Source: Podarcis erhardii (lineage: Eukaryota). Taken from it: a stretch of 64,000 bases of DNA. The DNA lies in the NCBI GenBank assembly GCA_964252035.1, contig OZ176216.1. One strand, written 5' to 3'. Under the pieces are notes generated by a model. That model made no database searches, had not been told where the DNA came from, and saw only the letters and a list, made by a program, of their open reading frames with translations. This document shows positions 25,745 through 39,100 of this stretch, one piece after another. A program made the position numbers and the translations under genes. How positions within the stretch are numbered: the first letter of the stretch is position 1; every line of letters starts with the position of its first letter.

Positions 25745-25940
25745 TATGATGTAAAGCTCATTGGACTGGCGGGGATCCTGATTCAAACTCTCTTGGCCAT
25801 GCAGCTCGCTAGGTGGTTTTGAGCCAGTTTCTCTTTCAACCTAGTTTGTCTTACAGGGTTGTTTTAAGGAGAAAATGAGGAGTGGAATTGCATACACTGC
25901 CTTGAGCTCCTTGGGGGAAAGCTGAGATATAAATGTGATT
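25745..25940 (+). mobile_element. CORE/MIR-type SINE, degraded
   Basis: gatcctgattcaaactctcttggccatgcagctcgctagg...cttacagggttgttttaagg...gccttgagctccttgggggaaagctgagatataaat. Confidence 0.6.
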
Positions 25941-26086
25941 TAGGCATATAACCCATCAAGAGCCATGCAAATATTTTGGCAAAAATAATGTTGCAGGGGA
26001 GGGACAGGCCCTGACAGCTTCAGGTTGGACTGAGAAACACCCTTGTCTTGAAACACTGTTTGTCAGTGCAGCCCAACACAGGAAAA

Positions 26087-26214
26087 TCAACATGGTGACC
26101 ACCAGATGCTTTAGGAATACCACTTCCATCTGTCTCTTCCAGCATGACCAGTGATCAGGAATGATGGGAGCTGTAGTCCAAAACATCTGGAGGGCACCAG
26201 GTTGGTAAATGCTG
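26087..26214. mobile_element. Short palindromic hAT-like MITE (hairpin family)
   Basis: caacatggtgaccaccagatgc...gatgggagctgtagtccaaaacatctggagggcaccaggttgg. Confidence 0.6.
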
Positions 26215-27032
26215 GTATGTTTTTCTGCCTCTGGTGGAAGAGTGGACTAAAATGCAACAAGCTGTAAAAGGATAGCCCCTGATTCTTGTGTTTGTGCACA
26301 AGCGGAGCCGTAGCAAGTTCTCTCCTTGCCCCCGTTTGCCATCAGAGCCAACCCTTCCAAAGTTAAAAATAAAAACTCGATGTGTGGATATGACAACCTC
26401 CAGGATGACAGACAGGGTAAGGTAGCTGGGGGGGGGGGGGTTTCTTGCCTTTTGTAATGGCAAATGAAATCTTAAAAAGCATAAAAGATTTAAGTCTAAT
26501 TTTAGTATGATTCCAGTAGAAATAGATATGTCTCATTAATCATATTTATGTTTTTGCTCGGTATTAATGCTCCTGCTGCAAACATTAAATTAACCTTATG
26601 TAGTTGTTTGGTGCACTGTTTGAAAAGATGAAACTAATGAAATCTGTACTTGTAGAAGTCTTGGGAGCAGCTGCTTGGCAGCTGTGCGCTTTAGTAGTAT
26701 CTCTCTGAAGCTCCTGCTTCTGGATCTTTTAAAAATTTCTTCCATTTTGTCGTGGCAGCGGCATTAGATCTAGACAGAATGTGACCATCGTCTCAGATAA
26801 GTACAAAAAAAGTATTGACCAGGAAAGAAGTCTGCAGCTTAGTAGTAGTAGTAGTAGGCAGTCCCCAATATCCTGTATACATAAATATCCTGCCTTTTTA
26901 TAATCATGAAACTCAACAGTTACCTGACAGGTACTGTGTAGAGGTTGTGGTTTCAGGTGCCTTTAAACCAAGGGTGAGGAACCTGTGGCCCTCCAGATGT
27001 TGCTGGGCTAAGCCCCCATAAGCTCTGACATT

Positions 27033-27072
<40 letters not shown>

Positions 27073-27176
27073 CGTCCATCTGACTGGGTTGCCCCAGCCA
27101 CTTTGGTCAGCTTCCAACAGATTATAAAACACAATAGAACATAAAACATTAAAAACTTCCCTATATGGGGCTGCCT
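27033..27176 (-). mobile_element. L2-like LINE 3' end with (TAG)n tail, adjacent to a partial hairpin MITE
   Basis: (TAG)n at 27033-27072, then ccatctgactgggttgccccagccact...cttccaacag...aacattaaaaacttccct...ggctgcctt; homologous to 29948-30130. Confidence 0.7.
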
Positions 27177-28879
27177 TATATTTTTAGGGGAGAAAAAAGT
27201 CTCAAGGGAGGGAGGTGAACCTCAAGTGATTTGAGGTTTGTGTATTCAGGTAGACTTCAGATGATCTTACAGTGATCATAACATTTGGGCAGGTTTGCGT
27301 GGGAGAATGTGATTCTTTGAATGCCTGGGTCCAAGCCAAAGTCAGGGTAATTGAGGAGCAAAAGTCTTACCTTCATCTCCTCAGAGTCTTGGCAGACAAA
27401 CTCATTTGGGGAGATACTTCTATGCAAGCCCCACTGCAGTGATTCTAAACCATGCAGAATTGTGCTTAAATGCCCTTTCTGTTGAACATTTCCCCAAATG
27501 CCACAAGTGCAGGAAAATCTTAGTGGCTATAGCTTAGTTTCAGCCAAGAAACTAGATCCTTTCTTCACTTTGATGTTAATGCTTGATAGACATGAATAAT
27601 CAGATACTTTGATTTGCTGATCTGTCTGTCTCCACCTTTACTGTCCCGAAAAGCCACTGTCTAGGCAAGCTGCTTGATCTTGCCTCATATAGATCACCTC
27701 TGACTGTTGCTCATGTTTCTGATTTCCTGTGTGAGTCTTGATGTTAGCGGTGGATATTTTCAACAACTGGCTCAAGGTATCTTGGGCAGCTAACAGGAAT
27801 CAGGGTTGTGCCTGCCCCCCTTCTAGACCCACTTGATAGAAATGTGCTGTTCTCAAATGTTTCATAGGTCCCACGTACGTAACATACCCTTTAGAAATTT
27901 GCAGTTTGTCTTGTTTTATTTCAGTGTGTTTGTTATCTCTTTCTGCCTTTTTGTTTGAAAATAATTATTGCCTTGCACATATACTAGTTTTCTTCCTGAT
28001 TAGCCCTCCTTTGGGGGGGGTATATTTTGAGCTCTTGCTTTTTAAACAGATTGCTAATATTCTTTTAAAGGCCTTCTGCTTAGCTGTTAGACACATTGGT
28101 TTCTGTTATGTGTACACACACACACACACACACTTTTTGGGCTCTTTACTCTGAAATGCATCCAAGGCTGGTTTGTCCAACTGTTAAGGATTTCCTTCTT
28201 TTTTATAGTGTTTCCCCATATGTTACAGAATTTCATCAAAGTCTGTTGACATTCTGCCTTACTTCCCCCTATATTCAGCACTGCGAACCAGGAAGCCAAC
28301 CACACTGAGCCTAATAGGGTTTACTCTCAAGTAACTGTATACAGAAATGGAGCCTTAGGCTGTCAAAATAAAATGAATTTAAAAGGTGGGCACATCTTCT
28401 TTTATGGTGAGAGGAATATTTTAAATTTGAATCTCTGTAATCCTGGGACGGAAAGTATGTTATCCCCTGAGGCACCTTGTTATACAGCTGGCAGGGTTTT
28501 GATAGCTTCCAGGGCCTCTCTTTCTTTCTTTTTTCCCATTGCTCCAGCACTCATGTGGTGATAAAAAAAAGCTAAATATTGGAAAAACTAGAAAACGTAT
28601 GAAATATATCAATTGCATTGCATTATTGGGAGGATTTGAATCAAGTTGTTCTAATCAGGAATGAGATTACAGAACACAAGATAAACATCCACTGACCTTT
28701 GATTGGCATCTGTGTGGTTCATAAATTGATAAATCATGCTAATTACATGTAGCTAAAGTAGGATACTGTCACTTGGAGTATGTCTTACATGTGCCCCCTT
28801 GTTTCTGGATGAGCAGCCCATGTGTGCTAGTTTCCCTTGAGTGGGTTTGAATCAGATCAAGGGAAGTAATAGCATCACT

Positions 28880-29470
28880 CTATTCTGTGTCCAGTTTGGG
28901 TGTCACAATTTAAGAAGGGTGTTGATAAGCTGGAACATGTGCAGAGGAGGGCGATCAAGATGCTTAAGGGTCTGGAAACCAAGACTTCTTAGGAGCAGTT
29001 GAAGGAGCTGGGTATGTTTAGCTTGGAAAAGAGGAGACTGAGAGGAGATATGATAGCCGTCTTCAAACATCTCTAGGGCTGTCACATGGAAGAGGGAGCA
29101 AGCTTGTTTTCTCCTGCTCTAGAGCGTAGGACTTGAACCAATGGATTTAAGTTACAAGGAAGGAGATTTTATTAAATGTCAAGAACTTTCTGACAGTAAG
29201 AGCTGTTTGGCAGTGGAACAGACTCCCTCGGATGGTGGCAGACCCTCCTTTACCAGAGGTTTTTAAGTAGATGTTAGATGGCCATCTGAGGGCAAGAGCT
29301 GTTCAACAGTGAAATGGACTCTCTTGGGAGATTGTGGACTCCCCTTCATTGGAGGTTTTCAATCAGAGGTTGGATGGTCATCTGTCATGGGTGCTTTAGT
29401 TGAGATTCCTGCATTGCAGTGGTTGGACTCATGACCCTTGGGGCTCCCTTCCAACTCTGTGATTCTATGA
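28880..29470 (+). mobile_element. CR1 LINE 3' fragment (ORF2 C-terminus plus 3' UTR) with a duplicated sub-terminal segment
   Basis: gtccagtttggg...aagctggaacatgtgcagaggagggc...gaaaagaggagactgagaggagatatgatagccgtcttcaaa encodes decayed CR1 ORF2 (EKRRLRGDMIAVFK). Ends ccttccaactctgtgattctatga. The aagagctgtt...gatgg(c/t)catctg segment occurs twice (about 29199-29288 and 29294-29384). Confidence 0.93.
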
Positions 29471-29947
29471 ATGTCTGGGAACCATATGATTCCCATGTTG
29501 TAAACATTTATCTTGTGCACACATAGCTGTGTCAGGAGGCAGTTAGGTGTAGGTTCTGACCACATAGCTAAGCTCAACATTATGACATCACCACTTCTCT
29601 TGGTTTCCAAGAGGATTCAGAGGGGCGAGAAGATTGTTAAAACCACAAGAATCCTGATTGACTAAGTGTTTGATGGAGCCAGTGGCATTGATATTTTTTC
29701 CCCTGTAACCCTCCAAAAGTTAAGAATGCCATTCATATGTCAGTTTCTCTTAGAACAACTATATCCATTGAATTGGAACCAGATACAAGTGCTCCAAGTG
29801 TCCAGAAAATGTTATGTTGGTCTGTCTCTGCTATTTTAAACACTCAACCCCCCACCCTCACCGATTGTTTTTTCTTCCAAGTGATAGAGATGTTGTTTGT
29901 TGAGTTATTACGTAACCAAAATCTGTGCAGTAGGCATGGGGGCAACC

Positions 29948-29990
<43 letters not shown>

Positions 29991-30130
29991 TGTTTGTTTG
30001 TTTGTTTGTTTATACCCCGCCCATCTGGCTGGGTTTCCCCAGCTACTCTGGGTGGCTTCCAACAAAATATTAAAACACAATAGTCTATTAAACATTAAAA
30101 GCTTCCCTAAACAGGGCTGCCTTCAGATGC
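29948..30130 (-). mobile_element. L2-like LINE 3' end with (TAA)n(TTTG)n tail
   Basis: ataccccgcccatctggctgggtttccccagctactctgggtggcttccaac...aacattaaaagcttccctaaacagggctgccttcagatg after the compound microsatellite at 29948-30010. Confidence 0.75.
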
Positions 30131-31744
30131 ACCCAAGATTTGCAAAAGTACAGAAACCCTTTAGGAACAAGCCCAAAATGACTCCAAAAATATATTATCA
30201 ATCTGGTCACAGAATGCTAAATGATACTTGCATCATTTTCATTTCAGAAAATTGTAGCAATGTGGACAATGTATGTGTAACTGAGAGACAAATTTCTAAG
30301 CAGCATTTAAGAGACTGGCAGTGGGATGTGGGCTCATATGTGCCTTCTCTGGAGCAACACCCCCCCCCAAAAAAAAACTTGAATGTGGTTAATGGGCACA
30401 TCAGCTATGGCTACAGACAACCAGGTTCCTTGCGTAACCAGGTCTATTAATAAGGTTTTGAAGTTGGTTCAGGATGCTGGGCATTCATAATGTTATTGCA
30501 GATGTATCCCACAGCTACTTAATGACTGCAGGGGGTTGGGGTGCAGATTTGCTCCGAGAAAGGGAAGAAAGTACACAATCCCATATAAATTATGTCTGCT
30601 TCAGCCAGCAGGTGAAGAGGAGGAGGGATTGCCAAAGAGTGTCTGAACTTGTTGGTTAAGGTCAGCTGTCAGAGACATGCCTTCTCCTTCTCAGGCATTC
30701 CCACTCTCTTTGACTGAAAAGGGGAAAGCTTTGAAGGCGCCACTCCGCCGCACACAAACAACATTTTGTTGCGAGGGAAGGGGCTCTCTTTTGTTCTGAC
30801 TCACTAGTGAGCTGTTTTTCTCACTTCTCATGAACATCAGATTTGGAATGAAAGGAAATCGATTAAAGGTAAAGACAAATCTAGAGGCAAATCCTCCCAC
30901 AAGGTACATAACACAACTTCTATTGACTTCATGGGAATGTGGTGCATATACTTGAATTTAGTGCTTAAATAAAATGGACAGAGATATGGGGGAAACATGG
31001 TAGTGCGACGCAGCAATGGATCTCAGCACAGCTGGGGCATTTCTGCCAATACACATCCCCTGCTATTTAGAGTGTGCAAAAAGTAAGGGAATCTCTTGGG
31101 TAGAGGTGGAAGATACGGTGAGGTGACTAGTGCATAGCAACATTGCAGAGTGACACAGTTCCTGGACTCGTTTTTGTCGTGCATGAAACCAGCAAACATG
31201 GAACAAGACAGTGGATGAATTAATCAGAGAATTTGATCAGCTGCCATCCATTGATCTTACGGCCAAACACTTTTAAACTAAGCAAGTTGCAGAATCGTCT
31301 TTTCCTTGGCAAGCTGCTGTCTGGTTTTGTGATCTGGAGTTCATGGGCTGGCTTGGTGGTGGTGCTTTCAAGAATCTCAAGTCTTTGCTAGTCCTACTTG
31401 CTGGGAGAGCCGTCACAAGGCAGAATACATAGTGCTGGGCTAGATACAACCAACTTTGTATTCAGCATGTATTCATGGGATGTATGAAGTATTCTAAAAA
31501 GAAAGGTGCTGGGGCTGAAACTCCCAAGAAACTGGAGTCTATGGCTCAAAATCTTTCTCCGCCCTCCACCCCTCAGTCATGGATCCTCAGACATCACTTC
31601 CTTGTTAACAAGCTTTACTGGTGATATAAAAACCATAGCAGTTAAATTTTGATATGTGATGTTTGGCCAGCTGTGGCTTTGAGAAGGAGCTAGCTTTTCA
31701 GATGAAGCACTGAAATTGGTTTTGTTGTGAAAAGCTGTATAGAT

Positions 31745-31791
31745 GTAGCTACTTAAGAGGACAGGACGTAGGTACTTAAGAGGACAGGACG

Positions 31792-31825
<34 letters not shown>
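31745..31825. repeat. 23-bp tandem duplication followed by (GTT)n
   Basis: gtagctacttaagaggacaggac / gtaggtacttaagaggacaggac (1 mismatch), then (GTT)n from 31791. Confidence 0.93.
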
Positions 31826-31826
<1 letters not shown>

Positions 31827-32546
31827 ACAGGGTGTGTCCAGCTTGTTTTCTACACTCTTGTAGTGGAGATATTATAAGGACCAGAAGATAGGCCTTCTCT
31901 ACCCCATTGTACACCAGCCTGTTGCTCTCTTGATGTTTTGGAATACAACTCCCATCAGCTTTAGGATATCAGGCTGGCAAAGGCTGGGCCTAGTGGAATT
32001 GCCCCTGTTGTGGGTTTGGTTAAATTAGTTCATAAGAAAGGGAAAGCAACTCTGTGTCTTCTTGATTAGCTAAAAGGGAAGAAGTTGGCCAAAAGGGTCA
32101 AGTTCAGCAGAACAAGTTCCTATACAAATAAAATCCACATCTATTGTGTCTTGTCTCTAGAACCTGAAAACCCTGAAAGGTCAAAGAATGTATTAGTTGT
32201 GATATTCAGTAGTTATTCACAATGTCAAAAGTCATGCCAAAAAGGTAGATCTAATGCAATACTAGTGGAGGCATGCAGCCTTAAATTATCTTGCCTTACC
32301 CAAGGAAATAGGGGAATGTCATTTATGCAAGTTTGTATTGACCTGTGACTTCATGGAGAAGCTTGTAATAACTTTGCATGAGAGGTGGCAAGGAAAGAAT
32401 GGTTCAGTTAAGGGATTTAAAACAATGAGGTCTATTTACTTTCACCACCTGAGTTTTCAAATTTCATCTTTTTTTGGGGGGGGGGAGGGGGTGAGAGAAT
32501 CCAGGCATGGTTAAAATTATGGTCCCTCTTTCTTTTTCATTGATAG

Positions 32547-32702
<156 letters not shown>

Positions 32703-32801
32703 TAACAGACCCACAATTTTTTCCCCATTGAAACAAAGTTGTGTGTCTTGTACTTTCAGATTATTCATTGGAACTCATATTTTAAGCTTGGGGTATATAT
32801 A

Positions 32802-32805
<4 letters not shown>

Positions 32806-32840
<35 letters not shown>
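32806..32840. repeat. (TG)n microsatellite about 150 nt downstream of the CUX1 exon donor
   Basis: Direct reading. Confidence 0.98.
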
Positions 32841-32842
<2 letters not shown>

Positions 32843-33959
32843 CTGACTTGACTAGCAGCAGTCTAAACTATAACACTGCCTTTATTCACATTGTGGAATC
32901 AGCATGCATATGAGAGAGAAAAAAATTCTACTGCTTTTATGTTCCTGTAGAAAACATCCATAAAATTAATTAATAATATAATGTCACTCAAACTGAGCAG
33001 ATTCAAAATTGTAATGACTTTTTTGTTGTACCTAGGAAAATAATAATATATTAATAGACAGCTCTTTGGGCATGTTAAAAGTAGCTTTTCTGTTATATGC
33101 ATAATATTTAATGTTAGGGACATGTTTGCTATAGAGTTGTTGTATCTAAAAGCATATATTTATTAAAGCTTTGACTTGGTTTGAAAGTATAATTTAAAGT
33201 ACAATAAGTGTGCTTTATTGACACACACCCCTCACCGCAACATAATTTCAGTTGACATGCCTTTGGCTATTGGAAAAAGCTCTGATATATTTATACAGCA
33301 TATAAAATTAACATGGCATTTTAAAAGTTGCACTTACTAAATAATAGGTTAAATAAACATGCTAAAACAGATCTCAATCAATTTAGAATGTCAGAAAAAT
33401 TCAAATAAAATTTGTCCAGAAAATTCACACCAATGAAATCACACAAGAGTTGGCAGGGGGCATTGCCCCACTCCACCCCCTTTTGGCCATATTTACCTTG
33501 CTTTCTGCATCCATTTGAAGTTAACTATTTCATCATTGGCTGCTGTTAAGAATCCATTAAGGCAGTGCTTAATGCTCTGGGGATGTTTTCACTCCGTTAA
33601 TGTAAGTAATGATTATGTGCTATGTAGGTTAACAAACCATAGTGAATTCATCCATCAGCTGCAGCATTTCATAAAGTGATTTTTACTAAGGCCCTGTGAC
33701 CTATTGAAAATGTGGAATATCTATGGCATGGTAAAAGTAACTCCTCTTGTTAGCTTTATTGCATCAGGTAAGATTACAATCTTTTCTGTATGGGCAGAAG
33801 GCACATTTGAAAGGTTCTTCCATGTAGTGGTGTTGAGATTGCAAAGATCAGCAAGTATAGAATGGGAAGTGTTTTGCTATCTTGGTTGAGTAAATGTGTT
33901 GTGCAAGCATGAGCATAGCCCACCGTTTTTCATTTTGGTACCTTTCAGAAAGTAGCTGA

Positions 33960-34135
33960 GCTGCAGCTCAGTGGAAGAGCATGTATTTTGCACATTGAAG
34001 GTCCTTGGTTCACTTTCCTGCATTTGCACTTCAACAAAACTTGCGTGGCGGGCTAGAGATATCCCTGTCTTGAATCCCTGGATAGCTGCTGCTAGTGAGG
34101 GTTGCTAATGCCGGACTAGACAGACCAGTGTCAGA
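33960..34135 (+). mobile_element. tRNA-derived squamate SINE, degraded
   Basis: Head gcagctcagtggaagagcat...gaaggtccttggttca (A/B-box-like); body ccctggatagctgctgc...ggactagacagaccag. Confidence 0.55.
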
Positions 34136-35752
34136 ATTCATGTGTTCCAAAGTCTGTTTGCCTAGCAAAGTGCTTGATTTTCAAGATGTAAATTCTGAAA
34201 TTCCTTGACTTTAAAAATATTACTTTCTGGCTGCTGTTCTGAGTTGTGAGATGGACCACTTGATTTAACTGAGAGAATTGTAGAAGACAGCTTTGGTGAC
34301 GAGGAGAAGAGTAAGGCACTTTAGTACTGGGAGTGGGGGGAATACTAAAATAAAAGAGTCTCTAACAGTGGCTAATTTGTGGCTTTCAAGGTATTGTCAG
34401 ACTACAGCTTCTATTATCTCTGACCTTTGGCTGTACTGATTGTGACTGATGAGAGTTAGAGACCCAACAGCACTCAAAGGGCCACAGTCCCACCCCCTAC
34501 CCCCCACTGCCCTAACACAATAGCAAAAACCAAACCAACTGTTTTGATACCATAATTCACAGCTAGTGAATTTGCGGTGAACTTTCACAATGATGACAGA
34601 GACAATGTCATCTAGACAAAGTTGGATGCAATGAGATAGAAGAAAGTATTTATATTTATCCTATACTTTTTGAGTGTTTGTGTTACACAGATCTGTTGTT
34701 TGGCACATGGAACAAATATTGATTTGTGTAGCTGAAGCTATTACAAAAACACAAACTATGTAAAGAGATTGCATGTAATGTGCCCACATGAGATTAAACA
34801 AAAAAACCTTTGTATATTACAGCTTCTGTCTGTTGTTCCTTAAATGAGCCTGCTGCGTGTTAGGATTCAGAAGGCCCAAAATAATAAAGTTGCACACATT
34901 TTGTGTTGTTGTTTTGGTGTGGAGTTGTTTGCAAATAATGTAATGGAGAACCTATTTGCTCTCTCTGCAAAGGGGTTTCACCCTTTTGACTTAACGAGTT
35001 TTGTTATTAATCTATATACCATATTATACACACTTCTTTTAAGAGCTAAACATTGAAGTGGGGCCAATTAAAGAATCAGAAGAGACCTGTCTCAGCTGCA
35101 GCATGCTTGATAATGTAGTTACTTCATGCAAAGACTGAGGACGCAACTCAGGCAGCAAGAACCGACAGGGCCATCTTGTGCTCCCTCAGGTGATTACAGG
35201 CACCAGTGGGTAGCAGCTCTCATTGCCACAGCCAGGGAAGGTATCAGAAGAACTGCTTAGGCCAACAGAAGCATTCACAAGGCCTGACACTTTGCTGTTG
35301 CCGAAACGGATGGCACTGCGAACTTTGGGTGTTCCAAACTAAATGTGAGTTCCTTGTCAAACTGAACTCGTGAACCACTGAGATGAATTATATTTCTAAG
35401 ATTTTTATCCTGTTCCTTTATGGAACCAATTTAAACATAGTTAATGCATTTACAACATAATTCTGTGCATGTTTTCTCAGAAGAAAGCCTACTGTGTTCA
35501 ATGGAGTTTCCTCCTTTGTAAGAAACGTTACCAGTGAGTTATGCCTCTTCCTCAAAGTAGATTATCTTAACTGCTGTATATAATGTTTCGATGAAAGTGA
35601 ACCATTCCCTAAAAAGAATTTCTCTTTGCCTTTTACTCTAGCACACGAGAGTCAGCATATACTAGTAGGGCTTTAAAGCATGTATCTAAAGTGAAATAAA
35701 GGAAAATAGTGACATTAATTTTTTAAAATAGGCAGACTATGTGTAGGTTCTA

Positions 35753-36116
35753 GGGATGCGGGTGACGCTGTGGTCTAAACCACTGAGCCTAGGGCCTGCC
35801 AATCAGAAGGTCGCCGGTTCGAATCCCCGCGACGTGGTGAGCTCCCATTGCTTAGTCCCAGTTCCTGCCAACCTAGCAGTTCGAAAGCAAGTCAAAGTGC
35901 AAGTAGATAAATAGGTACCGCTCCGGCAGGAAGGTAAACGGTGTTTCCATGCGCTGCTCTGGTTTCTCCAGAAGCAGCTTAGTCATTCTGGCCACATGAC
36001 CCGGAAAAACTGTCTGCAGACAAACGTCGGCTCCCTCGGCTAGTAAAGTGAGATGAGCACTGCAACCCGAGAGTCGTTTGCGACCGGACTTAACTGTCAG
36101 GGGTCCTTTACCTTTT
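35753..36116 (+). mobile_element. Sauria SINE, full length, with 15-bp TSD
   Basis: Complete from the gggatgcgggtgacgctgtgg head to the gggtcctttaccttt tail. Perfect TSD TATGTGTAGGTTCTA at 35738-35752 and 36117-36131. Confidence 0.95.
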
Positions 36117-39100
36117 TATGTGTAGGTTCTACTCTTGTTTCCAACAAGCAGGATGGAGTCCTAGCCATTTGACCATTTGTTTGTTTGTTTACTTAAATAT
36201 TTATAGATCATACCTTTCTTTTAAAAAAAAAACCCAGAAAAGCAGTATACAGAATACATTAACTTTAATAGAACAAGTAAAAACTGGTTGGAAGAAACTG
36301 AGTTAATGAAAACTTGCATTCCTGTTTGCATATGCTTGAAGTTACAGTATATGCAGACTGGGAGGAGCTTTGCTATACTGCTAGATTTGCACCAGGGGAA
36401 ATTATTTCCCAGTTTTGGCACTACTGTGAAGGTTAGTATCAATTCCTTGAATTGTCGGGGGTGGCGGATAGTAAACTTAAGTGAAATAGGACCCAAGCCC
36501 TATGGCCCAGTCAGCGGGCCCCATTCAGAAGCCTGGTGGGCCACATGTTGGAATTATAAATTAAATTACAGCGTGGTACACATGCACGAATGGAGGTAGG
36601 TTGCTGGTCTACCAGTCAGTAAAACTCCTCATTTCAAAATGTTTATTGATGTAAATGGTGTTGGCAACAAACATGGCCTTCAAGACAGTCCATTGGGCTA
36701 TTTTATAGAGCCTACAAAGCTGTAGCCAAGTCTCTTTAATATCCTGGTTTATCCTGCTTGAATCTTGATGGCACACAATGGGTGGGGAGAGAGGAAAGGC
36801 GTTTCAGACAAGGTCATGACAGAGCTTTAATTTTTTTCAGCTGCCTTGTTGATTTCTATGCAGCAGACAGACAGTGACAGTCAGTGTTGGAGTATCTGGG
36901 TGAACTCCTTAGGATTGTTTCCCTCTCACATTTTTCCATGTCTTGTCACAGGTTTAGTAGTTTAAGCATCTCTCAGCTTTTAGCTTTCCACATACTGCTG
37001 TCCAGGATGCTCAAAGAACTTTCTCAGACTCCGTTGCAAATAAACTGGTATTTAGAAGAACCCTAGAGCAGAGCCTCACTCTTCTGAACTGTCAGTGGCA
37101 GTTACAACTCTGCAGTGTCTGCAGACTGGGCTCTTAGGATGTTCCAGAGATCAGAGAGACTCGATTAAGTATGTTCTTTTTGTAGCTCTTTTAGCAAAAT
37201 CAAATCTTTTCTTCTGGGCTGCATGCTTTCCAACTGCAGAGAGATCAGGTGCCCTCAGGAACAGAATCTGCCTTACCAGCCACCTTCTGAGACTTTGCAT
37301 GGGACCAGCTGCCATAGCAGCAGGAATGCAACATCTCCTAAGACTAAGCCCCTTCTGCAGAAATATTGCATATTTTTTACACCAGTGATTTGTTTCTGTG
37401 CTTCGGCTTATTTTTACTACAGTATTTTGGAGATGGATGCATTGTAATATGTGAAGCGGGTGCAGGTATTACTACCACTGAAGTTAGGAAAAAAGTTTTC
37501 TAAATCTTTAAATTCAAAGATTTATTCAGCCGATCCTCCCCTCCCTCTGGGTCTTATTACATTATCTTGGAAAACATCTGGTGCCATATGTCTGTGTTCC
37601 GGCTAATGTAGCATAGTTTGGGAGCAACAGCCAGAGGCTACATCCCTCAACAACTTGACGCAGAAGTTTGATACTGATTGCTACCAAAATGTATGTCTTG
37701 GTTGAAAAGACCCTGTGAAAGGAACTTCCAGTGACTTGGCCCCAGTTTTCTTCGAACTTCTTTTTGGCAGGTTTGTGTGAGGAATGCTTCAGGTTACTTC
37801 ATTATGCATTCAGAATATTTAAGTTCATGTGTTGTGAAATGGCTTGTATATGAATTGCTTCAGCTGACAGGAATCTTGTTTCACTTCCAAATTGGTAATG
37901 TGAATTATATGGATATCTTGTGCCATCTCAATATGTCTCTAGGGAGCATGCAAAAATGCCCCAGTCACTTCTAGAATAACCAGCCCACTACCAGTTTAAC
38001 TAGTCAGTAACTAAAGCACAACTGAACACTTTGATCAGTATTCCTTTGTGCGCCCCACTAAAATGAATGGGAGTTAGTCAATAATACGAGCAGATTATAA
38101 TGTTGAAAGCACATGTAATGGAACAAACATGCTCAGTCTCCACTTGTGCTGGGAAACCCCCTCCCACAATACCACTGCTTTTTACCCTGTTTTAGATTAA
38201 TTTTGCTTGGCCTTATTCCTAGTTAACCCAAATTTAGGGGGTGCTCCAAAACTGAGTTTTGGAACCCAAGCCCTGAACTTCATGTGAGCTTTTGTTAACA
38301 TAAGCTATATCAAATGTGTGGGATTTGTTCACAAGAGGGAAAGGTCTGGATGGGGAGGGAGTGTGCTGTCCCATGACCCATCCCTGATTCTTTAACCCTT
38401 ATTAAAGAGGGTCAGCTATTGCTGCATTTGTGCTGGGAGAATACTAGCTCCCTGTGAAACTGGCTGCAAAACTGAAGCGACTCCCTCCTTCATGTGCTCC
38501 CTTTTATATATCTGTTGAGAAAAAGCAGCTAGATTTTGAGCAAGCTCGGGAGAGAGCTTTGTTGCATTGTTAAAGCAATGGGCCCTCTGGGGAGTTAGTC
38601 TCTCATTGTAAATAAGCAGTGAATGCTCGGAGGTAAAATTTATGAGTTAACCTTGCTGTGAGAGTTTGAGTACAACTGACAAAAGGTGATATTTCTGGAC
38701 AAGGCCTCAGTAGGACTGTACATTAGGTTCTGTTACATAATGGTGATATCATGCATTTGAATTTTCTGCAGTTAGTCACTTTAATAAAATAGTTAATTAT
38801 AGGGTGTTCTGGCCATTTTAGGATTAAGACTGTCTGAAACATATACTGTGTTAAAATCAGGAGGTGGGGGGAAGAGGCTTTAATTAAAAACAGCCATTTT
38901 GTTTTGCCAGCTGTGCAGCTTCTTACAGGTCCTGCAGCTCATCATCTAAGCATCCCTTATTAATGTTTGAGAACGTGGTTGATCTTGATAATTTAGAATC
39001 TCCTCAAGTCACTCAGGAGCTCGAATTGACCACATAATTGCTAGTAGAAATATTTATTTTATAAATGGCTTTTAGCGGCTTTGTTCTGCATGCCCAGGAA

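Larger units (their letters stand above)
1..32546 (+). other. CUX1: CUX1 intron upstream of the 111-nt exon (5' end outside window)
   Basis: Neither known first exon ([21 protein letters not shown] or MLCVAGARLK) was found by reading; repeat-rich non-coding composition. Confidence 0.8.

Noticed and set aside
29737-30450. Longest ORF (237 aa, +)
   Set aside because: Kept open by the (TAA)n read as poly-Ile and a reversed L2-like tail; no protein-like features or family similarity.
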